NCBI GenBank assembly: GCA_045863295.1 | Contig: BTWA01000004.1 | Location: forward strand, 96,001-160,000 | DNA: 64,000 nt | From: Candidatus Hydrogenedentota bacterium | Lineage (GTDB): Bacteria > Hydrogenedentota > Hydrogenedentia > Hydrogenedentales > SLHB01 | Direction of reading: 5' to 3' | Shown here: piece after piece, positions 1-10,335 of the stretch | How the letters are laid out: every line of letters begins with the position of its first letter | Position numbering within the stretch: position 1 is the stretch's first letter | The notes under the pieces: model-generated | Told to the model about the DNA's origin: nothing | The model's input: the letters and a program-made list of their open reading frames with translations, nothing else | Databases searched by the model: none | Translations under genes and position numbers: made by a program

Positions 1-22
1 GGGCCTTCATCGCATATCCCAT
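1..22 (-). CDS. 5' end of a gene running off the window edge (MGYAMKA...)
   Basis: ATG at 22 with AAGGGA 7 nt upstream, downstream of a sigma54 promoter. Confidence 0.5.
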
Positions 23-70
23 GTAATGTTCCCTTGCGGTTATTCCGGTGAATCGAACCGTTCGGGAAAG

Positions 71-87
71 AGCAATGGGCGTGCCAA
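71..87 (-). promoter_or_regulatory. sigma54 (-24/-12) promoter
   Basis: Minus strand reads TTGGCAC-GCCCA-TTGCT, matching TGGCAC-N5-TTGCW. Confidence 0.8.
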
Positions 88-262
88 CGGAGAGTGAAGC
101 GAACAGAAAACCGGTGATTGGGATCTATCCTCTTGAAATTCAGGAATTTAGCAATTCATGAACCGAACCGTAGATCTTCGCGGCCGGCACCGACTGACAA
201 GAATCGGATCATTTATCGCCAAATTCCTGTCACTCTGACGAAAACTGGCGGCTCCAAGGTGT

Positions 263-302
263 CAAAAACAAAGAAGGCCCCCGGCAAAGTACGCCGGGGA
301 CC
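263..302 (-). terminator. Rho-independent terminator
   Basis: GC stem 276-302 followed on the minus strand by TTCTTTGTTTTT, just after the 327..734 stop. Confidence 0.7.
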
Positions 303-326
303 TGAAAAATGAGCACTCGATGAGAA

Positions 327-734
327 TTAACGGGGGGCAGGTTCCTCGCCAGGAAACATGGTGTCAAATACGCCAATCATGTCCACGCCGGCGGGCTGCT
401 TATGAATCACAACCACAAATGGATTCCGCTGATATACGGTTATCTCCGCACGCTCAGTCGTTTCGACATTGCCGATCTTCGGCTTTTCGCCCGGACCGAA
501 TAAAAACATATCCAACAGCAAATCCGGGCCCTTCACCTGCCGCGAGTCGGCCAGGGTTACCCCGTCAAATTTGACGCCGGGAAGGGGTTCGGTGGAATCC
601 ACCACGATGTTGTTCTTTTTCAGACCGGCCACAAGGTCATCAAGAGTTTCGGCCTTCTTGCCCGGTTGACACCCTACCAGGATGACCGCGGCGATCAGCC
701 CGGTCGCCCTCGTCCATTTCAAACGATTCATCAC
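327..734 (-). CDS. Putative lipoprotein of unknown function
   Basis: Basic N-terminus, hydrophobic stretch, lipobox LVGC; 4-nt overlap with the upstream gene. Confidence 0.75.
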   Translation of the reverse strand: MMNRLKWTRATGLIAAVILVGCQPGKKAETLDDLVAGLKKNNIVVDSTEPLPGVKFDGVTLADSRQVKGPDLLLDMFLFGPGEKPKIGNVETTERAEITVYQRNPFVVVIHKQPAGVDMIGVFDTMFPGEEPAPR

Positions 735-1348
735 TCATCCATTCCTTCTATTTCGGCTTGATGCCAAAGACCGCGCGCCCGTTCGAGAAGTACATCATAG
801 ACCATTGCAAGCGCCGGGTCCATGCGTTGGGCGGGTCGGTTATAGGCGCGGGCCATGGTTTCGGTAACGCCGCGTTCGCGCCAGGATCGGCCGCCGCTGA
901 ACAGGTTTTGGGCAAATCCATGGGCCATATCGACCGACCGGGCAAACCGCGCCTCCGGGGTAGCCTGTGCCTCGAACTCATGCCAAAGGGCGCGGAGCCG
1001 TTCGCGGTGCGTATCGGGAAGTAATCCAAAAAGGCGGTCTGCCGCCTGCCGCTCTCGATCGGCCTGATCGCACTGGCCTGCCGCGTCGTAGGCGTAGGTG
1101 TCGCCAGCATAGACTTCGACCAGATCGTGCACGAGCAACATTAACAAAGTATGGCCCAGATCGACCGGCTGCCCCATGTGCGGATGCAGCAACAGGGCCA
1201 ACAGGCACGCATGCCAAGTGTGTTCAGCGGGGTTTTCGTGGCGGCTCTGATCGCTCAAGTAGCTGGCGCGCTCCACCGATTTCAAGCCATCCGCCGCGTG
1301 CAGGAAATCGACCAGCGCTGAAGCATTTTCTTTATCAAGTTCCCTCAT
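731..1348 (-). CDS. HD-domain phosphohydrolase (YfbR/HDDC2-like 5'-nucleotidase family)
   Basis: ENPAEHTWH, LVHDLVEVYAGD and LWHEFE motifs; ATGA overlap at 1345-1348. Confidence 0.85.
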   Translation of the reverse strand: MRELDKENASALVDFLHAADGLKSVERASYLSDQSRHENPAEHTWHACLLALLLHPHMGQPVDLGHTLLMLLVHDLVEVYAGDTYAYDAAGQCDQADRERQAADRLFGLLPDTHRERLRALWHEFEAQATPEARFARSVDMAHGFAQNLFSGGRSWRERGVTETMARAYNRPAQRMDPALAMVYDVLLERARGLWHQAEIEGMDE

Positions 1349-2250
1349 GGCTGCAACACATGGGCGAGGCAAACGATCGTGCCCGCGCCAACAAGGACGG
1401 GAACGAACAAAACCAGGATTACAGCGGCTTTCGATTTACCTTGGAACAAACCGTCCGCGCCGATTCCGGGCGTCCCGGGCAAGCTGTCAATGAGCACGGC
1501 CTGTTCGGGAAAGTAAGGGTCATACACGATCCACTCGCCTTCTTCGCTCTCCAGCAGTGCTGTGTTGTGGGTTTTGGCCGAGGCCGTGTAAGCGCGGCGG
1601 TCAGAAGCGGTAAAAGAAAACGTCAACTTATAAACCGTCTGGTCGTTCACGCGGACATTGGTCGGCTCTTTGGTCAAAAGCTTGCCCCGTGCCATTTCAC
1701 CGACTTCCAACAGGCGCGCATTGTAACGGCCCTTCCGAAACCCAATGCAGGCGAACACGAGACCAACGATCGCGGGAATGGATGTGAAGATCCCGGCAAG
1801 CGGCATGACGGCCGATCGCATGCCGGTAATCCGCGAATGTTCGGGCTTGCCCTGCGGATACTCGATCTCCACAATCTGAGGCACGGAGATTGCTTCGCCC
1901 GTATGGTACGAAGTGTCTTCAATGCTGTGGCCGTCGGAGAGACTGAACGTATATCGATGACCTGTCACCGGTTCTTCGCCGATACTCACCCCGGTCTCCC
2001 ATGACTCGATCAGCTGAGCTTCACGCCGCTCCAACTCTCCGCGAAAGACATACCATGAGGTGAGATCGGAATTGACGGCCATGGACCAAAAAAAGATGGA
2101 ACCGAAACCCAGCACCAACCACCCGAGAAGGCTCCAGCCGTTTCCAAATATCAAATGAAGCCGAAGTGACACAGGGATCAGGCGCGGCGGCGGCTTTAAC
2201 CGCACATCGCCCATGTTCAACGGCGGGGAGTAGCGGCCGGCGTCAGACAT
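1345..2250 (-). CDS. Membrane protein with two DUF3592-like repeats
   Basis: Two TM + beta-domain units (..IEYPQGKP.., ..IVYDPYFP..) and a C-terminal TM. Confidence 0.65.
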   Translation of the reverse strand: MSDAGRYSPPLNMGDVRLKPPPRLIPVSLRLHLIFGNGWSLLGWLVLGFGSIFFWSMAVNSDLTSWYVFRGELERREAQLIESWETGVSIGEEPVTGHRYTFSLSDGHSIEDTSYHTGEAISVPQIVEIEYPQGKPEHSRITGMRSAVMPLAGIFTSIPAIVGLVFACIGFRKGRYNARLLEVGEMARGKLLTKEPTNVRVNDQTVYKLTFSFTASDRRAYTASAKTHNTALLESEEGEWIVYDPYFPEQAVLIDSLPGTPGIGADGLFQGKSKAAVILVLFVPVLVGAGTIVCLAHVLQP

Positions 2251-3319
2251 GGGGAACCGGGACCTTTCCCACCGCATCGGACTCGATGCTGCCAAGATAG
2301 AGATATCCGTCATACTCGTTCACGCTCGTAATGGGCGCATAGGCGCCCGTGGGCGTTTGCATGTTGTGGATCACATTCCCCTCTCCGTCGATGCCAAGAG
2401 CGATGCCGTAGGGTTGAGGCTTCGGCAGGAATGCGCGAGGCAGCCGGTACAGCACTTTGCGTAGCGCTGGATACGGCAACAACGCATCCAATGTAGTGTC
2501 GCGTGGAGAGGCCAGTGCCACCCAATAGACGCCGTTTTGTCCCGTGGAGAGATTGTCCGGAAATCCGGGTAGATTCTCAATGATCAACTCGGATTCACCC
2601 TTTCTTTCTCCTTGCAGCCAATACCGCCAAATGCGATACCGGCCCGTCTCGTTCATCAATAAATAGGATTCATCAGAACTCAGAGTCACCCCATTGGCAA
2701 ATCGCAAGTCGGACATGATCGCCGTGCATGTCTTCGTCGCGGGGTCGTAGGCAAGCAAGCGGCCGTTGCCCGCGTGTTCCAGCAGGTCTTCCATGTAATT
2801 CGGTGCCGTGTATTTGTGCGAGGCATCGGTAAAATAAATGACACCGTCCTTCGCGACGGCAACATCATCCGTAAAGGCAAACGGCACGCCTCCCTCTTCG
2901 GTGGCCAGCACCGTGATGGCACCCAAGGGATCGATTGACAGCAACCCCTTGTGTGCATCGGCAACGATCAGATTGCCACTGCCGTCCCAATCCAAGCCAA
3001 GCGGCCTCCCGCCAGTATCAGCGAATAACTCCTGGTCTTCGCCGGACGTATCCATTCGAATAATCCGCCCGTCTTCCAAGCCGGTATACAGGCGGCCGGA
3101 ACCGTCTCGTGCCACATCTTCCGGCCCTCGACCAATTCCCGGCGCAATGCGCTCCACCTGATTCAGATAATCATTCGCCGCGAACTCCCCCGCCAGCGGA
3201 GGCGCTTGCGGCGGCGACCAGGCAACCGGTTCTACCACCACGGGCCAGAATCCCAGATAAGTCGCTGCCAGCAGTACGAGGCCCAGAAAGACATAAAAGA
3301 TGCGTGTGGCCGTTTTCAT
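2243..3319 (-). CDS. Strictosidine synthase / SMP-30 / APMAP-like beta-propeller protein
   Basis: N-terminal anchor; GPED, GRPLG, YFTDAS, FANGV and LPGFPDN motifs. Confidence 0.9.
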   Translation of the reverse strand: MKTATRIFYVFLGLVLLAATYLGFWPVVVEPVAWSPPQAPPLAGEFAANDYLNQVERIAPGIGRGPEDVARDGSGRLYTGLEDGRIIRMDTSGEDQELFADTGGRPLGLDWDGSGNLIVADAHKGLLSIDPLGAITVLATEEGGVPFAFTDDVAVAKDGVIYFTDASHKYTAPNYMEDLLEHAGNGRLLAYDPATKTCTAIMSDLRFANGVTLSSDESYLLMNETGRYRIWRYWLQGERKGESELIIENLPGFPDNLSTGQNGVYWVALASPRDTTLDALLPYPALRKVLYRLPRAFLPKPQPYGIALGIDGEGNVIHNMQTPTGAYAPITSVNEYDGYLYLGSIESDAVGKVPVPHV

Positions 3320-3509
3320 CGCGAAAGCCTCCCAAGAACTGACCCTGTCCAGACAATACCAAATGCCCGGGGATTCCGGAAACGGCCCTACACCCTACCA
3401 ACTCAAACACCGGGTTTTTGCGGGCGGCGTAAGGCAATGGTACAATTCAGGTGATTGCACTGTGTTACGGACATTGCTGGCCGAGCAACCAGAGGGACTG
3501 TGTTCAACC

Positions 3510-3842
3510 GTGTTATTCAAGAAGCAAGAAGACGATCACGCTCGAAGAACCGTCGTCGCGCCTGAACCGTACCGGCTTTCCGGACATTCGGGTGAATTGA
3601 TCCCCATCGCGTTCGAGCGCATGCTGAAAGGCAACTTGAACGAACGCCGCGGACAGACCATCCGGCAGATCGGGGTCTATGTCGGCGGCACCATCAAGCT
3701 GGTCACCAGCGGCGACAGTGTCGATCGACCGACATACGACGCACTTGTGGCGGCAGGGGCCGTCCAGCCTTTCCTGTTCGATCAAGCGGCACGAAGCCAG
3801 TCGCATCAAACGCATCAGGAAGAAAGACGCTCGGAGGTCTGA
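3510..3842 (+). CDS. Hypothetical protein
   Basis: GTG with AGAGGGA upstream; ends at the RBS of the next gene; start uncertain. Confidence 0.55.
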   Translation: MLFKKQEDDHARRTVVAPEPYRLSGHSGELIPIAFERMLKGNLNERRGQTIRQIGVYVGGTIKLVTSGDSVDRPTYDALVAAGAVQPFLFDQAARSQSHQTHQEERRSEV

Positions 3843-3858
3843 GGAGTACCCTGTTTCC

Positions 3859-5265
3859 GTGGCGGCCACCATTTCCATTGCCATGATTGTAAAAGACGAG
3901 GCCGGCCATTTGGCGGAATGCCTCGATTCGGCCAAGTCTCTCGCGGACGAGATTTGCATCGTCGACACCGGTTCAAACGATAGCACAGTAAGCATCGCAC
4001 GCAAATTCGGGGCGCACGTCAGTGTCTTCCTTTGGTGTGACGACTTCTCCGCGGCTCGCAATGAATCCCTGCGGCTTTGCACCAAGGATTGGATTTTCAT
4101 TCTCGACGCAGACGAACGCCTGCAGCATACGGATATAGCGCGGGTCCGCGAATTGACGCGCGGCCCCACGGACCGGTGCTACAGGTTCGTGACGCACAAC
4201 TACACAAACACCGCGTCCGTAAGCGAATTTAATCCGGTTGATCCCAACAGCGAAACCGCAGCTGGCTTCGCCGGTTGGTATCCGAGCGCAAAAGTGCGCT
4301 TGTTTCCCAACCACAAAGGAGCCATCTTCGAGGGTAAGGTCCACGAATTGGTCAATCCTTCGCTGGAGCGGCTGGGCATCCGCGTGTTGGACACCAATGT
4401 GCCTATACACCACTATCCTCTGATCAATCCCCCGGATCGCATTCGCGACAAACAACTGCTCTACCTGAAGCTGGGCCACGAAAAGGCAAAGGAAGACCCA
4501 ACGAACCCAAAGGTATACACCGAACTCGGCGCGCAATATGCCGAAGTCGGCGCCTATGAGGAGGCAGCGGCGGCCTACAAAGAAGCCGTACGCCTCCGGC
4601 CTTCAGACCCCAAGACGCTGAACGACCTGGGCGCGGTCCTGCACTTAATGAAGAAAGAGGAAGAAGCGCAACGGGCGTTGCGCATCGCTATTCAGCTAGA
4701 CCCGAACCTGGCCGAAGCCTGGCGCAACCTCGGCGTGGTCCTGGCGGAAGAGCAAATTTGGGAAGCCGCGTTGGAATGCTTTGACAAGGCCTTGGCGCTC
4801 GATCCGGCGTGGCAAGACGGCAACCGCTATCGAAGTGTCGCACTGCAGGGCACGGGCCATCTGCGCGAGGCGGCACACGCAGCGCAACTGGCCCTGGAAA
4901 CCAACCCCCATTCCCAGGAATGCCTGTCGCTCTTCGTCCACCAGATGCTCCGCCTCGAAAAACGAGAACAAGCGCGAGCGGTCATCGGCAAAATCATCTC
5001 GAACGGTGCCGAAGACCCGGAACTGGAAAATGCGCTGGGCGAACTTTGCTACTACGACAACCTATACGCTGAAGCGCGAAACCACTTCCAACGCTCCGGC
5101 GAAGCCGGGCTCGCAGCCGGTTTCAACAACCTGGGTGTCGTCCACTTTAAAGAAAGGCACTATGAACTGGCCAAGGCTGCCTACGAAAAATGTCTCGCCA
5201 TCGATCCCGGCCATCGCGGAGCCCGAAGCGGCCTGGAAAAAGTGATCAAACACTTGGAAAAGTGA
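3859..5265 (+). CDS. GT2 glycosyltransferase with C-terminal TPR repeats
   Basis: ISIAMIVKDE, VDTGSND, DFSAARN and LDADE motifs, then several TPRs; RBS GAGGAG at 3841. Confidence 0.9.
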   Translation: MAATISIAMIVKDEAGHLAECLDSAKSLADEICIVDTGSNDSTVSIARKFGAHVSVFLWCDDFSAARNESLRLCTKDWIFILDADERLQHTDIARVRELTRGPTDRCYRFVTHNYTNTASVSEFNPVDPNSETAAGFAGWYPSAKVRLFPNHKGAIFEGKVHELVNPSLERLGIRVLDTNVPIHHYPLINPPDRIRDKQLLYLKLGHEKAKEDPTNPKVYTELGAQYAEVGAYEEAAAAYKEAVRLRPSDPKTLNDLGAVLHLMKKEEEAQRALRIAIQLDPNLAEAWRNLGVVLAEEQIWEAALECFDKALALDPAWQDGNRYRSVALQGTGHLREAAHAAQLALETNPHSQECLSLFVHQMLRLEKREQARAVIGKIISNGAEDPELENALGELCYYDNLYAEARNHFQRSGEAGLAAGFNNLGVVHFKERHYELAKAAYEKCLAIDPGHRGARSGLEKVIKHLEK

Positions 5266-5312
5266 TGCACTTGCAGCAATGCCGGTGAACAAGAATTGAA
5301 CTGCGGAACAAT

Positions 5313-5738
5313 TCAGCCCTGTGACCCCGTCTTTACCTTGTGAGTTTCCCACCAGTCGCTGCGGGAAAGCGCGGTCCAGTAAGCCTGTTCGAAAATCAGC
5401 GAAAACTTGCGCAGGCTGAATGGCTTCGAGATATACCCGTCGGCTCCTGCCCGGAGTGCCTCGGATAGGGGGTGCTCGTGGTCATAAGCAGTCATCAGTA
5501 CGATACCGGCATTCGAGTCCAATGCGCGAATAGCGGTTATCAACTCGTACCCATTCATACCCGCCATTTCAATGTCACTGATGACCAAATCGTACGATCC
5601 GGTTTGGAACGCGGCCAGCGCATCCTCGCCGCTTCCACACGCAGTCACATTGTTTCCACGTTCTTCCAGGAAGGCGGACAACACGTCCAGCATGGTTCCG
5701 TCATCATCGACGATGAGCACATTTAGACGATCCAGCAT
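5313..5738 (-). CDS. Single-domain response regulator (receiver)
   Basis: LIVDDD, ISDIEM, MTAY and ISKPF motifs. Confidence 0.9.
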   Translation of the reverse strand: MLDRLNVLIVDDDGTMLDVLSAFLEERGNNVTACGSGEDALAAFQTGSYDLVISDIEMAGMNGYELITAIRALDSNAGIVLMTAYDHEHPLSEALRAGADGYISKPFSLRKFSLIFEQAYWTALSRSDWWETHKVKTGSQG

Positions 5739-6000
5739 GTCAATGCTTTCTCCGTCGTCGAAGCCCACGATTCGCACAGATAAGCTTCAGCCCGGCGAGT
5801 ACGTGCACGAGCGCAATTGCACTCCCGATGGGCTGAATTCTCATACGCTAAACCTTAGTCCTTTAAGTATACCATCTGCGGACCGGAATACAACGTGGGA
5901 TTGGCAAACTTTTCAGCGTAGGTGCAGCCGTTGGACGGAGTAGGCGATCCTGCAGTGTGAGACACAGATCACGAGGACGGTATTGCGCCGGATAGACCGA

Positions 6001-6636
6001 TCAGCCTTGTTCCTGAGCAAGGCGCTGCGCCTTGATCTTCATCAGCCGGCTGGTGTTCGACCGTTCCATTTCGTCGAGCTTGTTCTTGATGTATTTAATT
6101 GTCTCGGTCATGCGGGGAATGAACGAATGTTCAAGCGCGTTGACCCGCCGCCGCGTCTTCTCAATTTCCGAGCACAGAAGCCGGAGCCCTTCTTCCAATT
6201 CAGACATCGCAAGCAACTTCGGAAGAAACGCGCGAAGCTGCTCTATCGCCTGATCGAGCTCGATCGAGGTGTGCACCATCGAATACCCGCCGGCCGACTC
6301 CCCGAATTCGGCAACGAAATGCGGAATGATGACACTCATAATTCGCCGGGGCTGACGCACAATGTTCAGTTCTTGCCGCGTGTGATCCAGTGCATCTTCT
6401 GTAATCAACCTGGACGAAGTCACTTCGGCCAGTACGAATAACTTCATCACGGCCGGCAACTCGGTGTCCACTTCGCGGCGTAACGCTTTGTAATTCTGAG
6501 CCAACTGCATGAACTCCTTCATGAGTCCATCCAGTTTATCCTTCAATAGCTTATGTCCGCGCACGGCCACGGCCTGCCGCTTGCGAAGCCGAAGCAGTTC
6601 CATGCGCGTTGGATTAACTTGTAGCCGGGTTGCCAT
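6001..6636 (-). CDS. ntpD: V/A-type ATPase subunit D
   Basis: VNPTRMEL, RGHKLLKDK and KTRRRVNALE motifs. Confidence 0.95.
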   Translation of the reverse strand: MATRLQVNPTRMELLRLRKRQAVAVRGHKLLKDKLDGLMKEFMQLAQNYKALRREVDTELPAVMKLFVLAEVTSSRLITEDALDHTRQELNIVRQPRRIMSVIIPHFVAEFGESAGGYSMVHTSIELDQAIEQLRAFLPKLLAMSELEEGLRLLCSEIEKTRRRVNALEHSFIPRMTETIKYIKNKLDEMERSNTSRLMKIKAQRLAQEQG

Positions 6637-6669
6637 AGGCGTTCCGCCGATTACTCCTGAGTATTACGG

Positions 6670-8049
6670 TCACGTCGTCGAAGGAAAGTACTTCTGAATC
6701 CACTTGTCCCGCACGCGCTTCAGCTCCGGGCGCGGCAACATGGCCAACAGGTCCCAACTGATCCGAAGGCTCTCTTCGATAGTCCGGTTCTCGTCTTCGC
6801 CCTGCGTTACAAATCGCTCTTCAAACGCGTCCGCGAATTTCACGAAGAGCAAATCCGTGCTGCTCAACGCGGACTCGCCCAAAACCACCGCCAATTCCTT
6901 GGCGTTCTTCCCACGTGCATATGCCGAATACAATTGGTTCATTACATCGGCATGATCCTCGCGCGTCTTGCCGTCGCCTATACCCTTGTCCTTCAGGCGC
7001 GACAACGACGGAAGCACGTCCACCGGCGGATAAATGCCCTGCGCGTGGATCGGGCGGCTCATGATGATCTGCCCTTCGGTGATGTAGCCCGTGAGATCGG
7101 GGATCGGATGCGTCTTGTCGTCTTCCGGCATGGTCAAGACCGGTATCTGCGTAATTGAACCGTTCTTGCCCTTAATCCGGCCGGCACGCTCGTATAGGGT
7201 GGAAAGATCCGTGTACAAGTATCCGGGATATCCCCGGCGGCCCGGAACTTCCTTGCGCGCGGCGGAGATTTCGCGAAGCGCTTCGCAGTAATTCGTCAAG
7301 TCCGTCAGAATAACAAGGACGTGCATGTCCTTTTCATAGGCCAGATATTCTGCCGCCGTCAGAGCCATGCGCGGAACGGCAATGCGTTCGATCGGCGGGT
7401 CATCCGCAAGATTCATGAAGAGCACCGCGCGTTCCAGAGCCCCCGTGCGCCGGAAGTCCGCAATGAAGAACTCCGACTCTTCAAACGTAATGCCCATCGC
7501 GGCGAAAATCACCGCGAACTTTTCACCGGTCTTCAGCACCGAAGCCTGACGCGCAATCTGGGCCGCAAGCCGGGAATGCGGCAGACCCGATGCGGAAAAG
7601 ATGGGCAGTTTTTGGCCGCGCACAAGCGTGTTCAACAGGTCAATGGTGGAAATGCCGGTTTGGATGAACTCGTTGGGATAATCACGCGCATACGGATTCA
7701 TCGGACTGCCGTTGATGTTGATCCATTTCTCCGGAATGATCTCCGGACCGTCGTCCACCGGCCGGCCGAAACCGTCAAACACGCGCCCAAGCATGTCGGT
7801 CGACACGCCCAGTTCCTGGCCTTTGCCCAGAAACTTCACCTTCAGGTCTTCCGGAGCGAGGCCGCTGGTGCCTTCAAATACCTGGACCAGCGCCTTGTCC
7901 CCGCTGACTTCGAGCACACGCCCGCGGCGGGTCAGGCCATCGGTCTGTTTGATTTCGGTCAGTTCACCGTAGGTGATGCCGTCAACTCCCTCGACCATGA
8001 TGAGCGGTCCGACAACCTGTTTTACGGTGCGGTATTCTTTGGTAATCAA
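6670..8049 (-). CDS. ntpB: V/A-type ATPase subunit B (TTG start)
   Basis: [24 protein letters not shown] and [16 protein letters not shown] motifs. Confidence 0.97.
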   Translation of the reverse strand: MITKEYRTVKQVVGPLIMVEGVDGITYGELTEIKQTDGLTRRGRVLEVSGDKALVQVFEGTSGLAPEDLKVKFLGKGQELGVSTDMLGRVFDGFGRPVDDGPEIIPEKWININGSPMNPYARDYPNEFIQTGISTIDLLNTLVRGQKLPIFSASGLPHSRLAAQIARQASVLKTGEKFAVIFAAMGITFEESEFFIADFRRTGALERAVLFMNLADDPPIERIAVPRMALTAAEYLAYEKDMHVLVILTDLTNYCEALREISAARKEVPGRRGYPGYLYTDLSTLYERAGRIKGKNGSITQIPVLTMPEDDKTHPIPDLTGYITEGQIIMSRPIHAQGIYPPVDVLPSLSRLKDKGIGDGKTREDHADVMNQLYSAYARGKNAKELAVVLGESALSSTDLLFVKFADAFEERFVTQGEDENRTIEESLRISWDLLAMLPRPELKRVRDKWIQKYFPSTT

Positions 8050-8131
8050 CGCTGGATTCTCCGTGGCGCTCGCCCGGCGTCTAAGCCAGTCGAGTCAGTT
8101 CAACTAGTCTCTTGCATACACCCAACGGATC

Positions 8132-9892
8132 TTAGACCCGGGGCATCGCGGCAATTTCATCGGCGACCTTCTGATTCAAGGCATCGAATTCCTGCGGCGA
8201 CTCTTCGGGGATGAGCTTCGCTTTGGCGATATCATTGAGCGAAGCCGCTTCGAGCAGCGCTCCCAAAGCGACTCCCTCCGCCAAAGCGGCGCGCGCATGA
8301 TCGTAGAAGCTCAAAATTGCCTTCAGAAGCCGTAATTGCTTGCCGAGCGAGGTATAGCTGTCGCGCTCGTCAAATGCATTCTGGTGAAGAAAATCTTCGC
8401 GTACCATCTTGGCCGCCTGCATCAAAAGGCGGTCCTCGTGGGCAAGCGCATCCATTCCCACAAGCCGTACAAGTTCGTCCAACTCGGCTTCACGCTGCAG
8501 AATGGACATAGCGCGTTTCCGCGTCTGCTGCCATGCCGCGTCCAGCTTGGTGTTGGTATAGTCGTCAATGGAGTCTTGATAAAGAGAATACGAGGTGAGC
8601 CAGTTGATCGCCGGGAAGTGACGGGCAAACGCCAATTTGTCGTCGAGTCCCCAGAACACTTTCACCACACGCAACGTGGCCTGCACCACCGGCTCCGACA
8701 TATCGCCGCCCGGAGGCGACACCGCGCCAATCAGCGACAGCGAACCGGGCCGCGCATCCTTGCCGAGGCATACCACATTGCCCGATCGCTCGTAGAAACT
8801 CGCAATGCGCGATCCCAAATACGCGGGATAGCCTTCTTCACCCGGCATCTCTTCCAACCGGCCCGAAATCTCGCGCATGGCCTCCGCCCAACGGCTGGTC
8901 GAGTCGGCCATCAGCGCCACCGAATACCCCATATCGCGGAAATACTCGGCAATCGTAATCCCGGTGAATACGCTCGCCTCGCGCGCGGCCACGGGCATAT
9001 TCGACGTGTTCGCCACGAGCACCGTGCGTTCCATCAACGGCTCGCCCGATTCGGGATCTTTGAGGTGCGGAAACTCCATCAATACGTCGGTCATCTCGTT
9101 GCCGCGTTCGCCACACCCTACATAAACAATAATGTTCGCGTTGGACCATTTCGCCAACTGGTGTTGCACCACCGTCTTGCCGCTCCCAAACGGGCCGGGC
9201 ACACACGCGGTGCCGCCCTTGGTCAGCGGAAAAAACATGTCCACCACCCGCTGCCCGGTTACCAGGGGTTCCACCGGCTGCAGCTTACGCGCCACCTTAC
9301 GGCCCTCGCGCACCGGCCAGCGCTGAATCATGTTGATCGGCTTGGCCCCCTGAGGCGTATCGATGACCGCAATGGCCGTTTCCACGTTCCCCGTCACCGG
9401 GGCAATTTGCTTGATCGTCCCTTGAATGCCATAAGGCACCATAATCTTGTGCACGACCAGCTTGCTTTCCTTGACCGTGCCAAGAACGTCGCCGGCCTGG
9501 ACCGCGTCGCCAATCTTGGCCACGGGAACGAAATCCCACTGCGCACTGCGGTCCAACGCGGGCCGCTCGGCGCCGCGCACGATGAAATCGCCAAAGTCCT
9601 GAAACAGCTTGTCGAGCGGGCGCTGTACGCCGTCGTAAATCGACCGGATTAACCCCGGTCCAAGCTCCACGCTCAATGCCTCGCCAGTGCGAAACACAGG
9701 CTGACCCGGCCCGATGCCCTCAGTCTCTTCGTACACCTGGATCGAATATTCGTCGCCCCGAATTTCGATAATCTCGCCGAAAAGCCTCGCCTCGCCGACG
9801 CGCACCATCTCGTACATGCGCGCACCGGTAAGCCCTTTGGCAACGACGAGCGGTCCGGACACCTTGACGACCACACCCTGATTCGTACTCAC
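8132..9892 (-). CDS. ntpA: V/A-type ATPase catalytic subunit A (GTG start)
   Basis: P-loop GPFGSGKT, GCGERGNE and DSTSRWAEA; no intein. Confidence 0.97.
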   Translation of the reverse strand: MSTNQGVVVKVSGPLVVAKGLTGARMYEMVRVGEARLFGEIIEIRGDEYSIQVYEETEGIGPGQPVFRTGEALSVELGPGLIRSIYDGVQRPLDKLFQDFGDFIVRGAERPALDRSAQWDFVPVAKIGDAVQAGDVLGTVKESKLVVHKIMVPYGIQGTIKQIAPVTGNVETAIAVIDTPQGAKPINMIQRWPVREGRKVARKLQPVEPLVTGQRVVDMFFPLTKGGTACVPGPFGSGKTVVQHQLAKWSNANIIVYVGCGERGNEMTDVLMEFPHLKDPESGEPLMERTVLVANTSNMPVAAREASVFTGITIAEYFRDMGYSVALMADSTSRWAEAMREISGRLEEMPGEEGYPAYLGSRIASFYERSGNVVCLGKDARPGSLSLIGAVSPPGGDMSEPVVQATLRVVKVFWGLDDKLAFARHFPAINWLTSYSLYQDSIDDYTNTKLDAAWQQTRKRAMSILQREAELDELVRLVGMDALAHEDRLLMQAAKMVREDFLHQNAFDERDSYTSLGKQLRLLKAILSFYDHARAALAEGVALGALLEAASLNDIAKAKLIPEESPQEFDALNQKVADEIAAMPRV

Positions 9893-10014
9893 GGATTAAG
9901 CCCCATGTTGAGTTTCATGCATGTCAGACTAAAAACCACCGAGTAATCGTCGCCGTCGCGCCGTTTGCGACGCCCCGCACCGCCACTCGGTTGGGCGGAA
10001 ACGCGGGGATAGTG

Positions 10015-10335
10015 TCAAGCACTTCCCAATATGTCCACGCCGATCGATATTTCCACCATCTTCTTCATGCGGGCAAAGCTCGAATTCTGGCTGCCCTCGT
10101 GCGTGGGAATAACCGTCAAAACCGCCTGAGAGCGCTCGCGAAATGCGTCCAGCGCATCCGGTGCATCCATGGCCAGGCTCTCGCTCACCAAAACCAGCGC
10201 GACGTCCGCGTCACGCGACAGCCCGTGCAGTTCCCGGCGCAGTCCTTCCGCGTCGTTGCATTCCAAAATGTCGAACCCAACGCCACGAAATCCCAGGATA
10301 TACCGCTTCTCGCCCACAGCCACCGCTTTAGCCAT
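10015..10335 (-). CDS. ntpG: V/A-type ATPase subunit F (NtpG in E. hirae naming)
   Basis: Size, position, ILGFRGVG and SIGVDI motifs. Confidence 0.88.
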   Translation of the reverse strand: MAKAVAVGEKRYILGFRGVGFDILECNDAEGLRRELHGLSRDADVALVLVSESLAMDAPDALDAFRERSQAVLTVIPTHEGSQNSSFARMKKMVEISIGVDILGSA

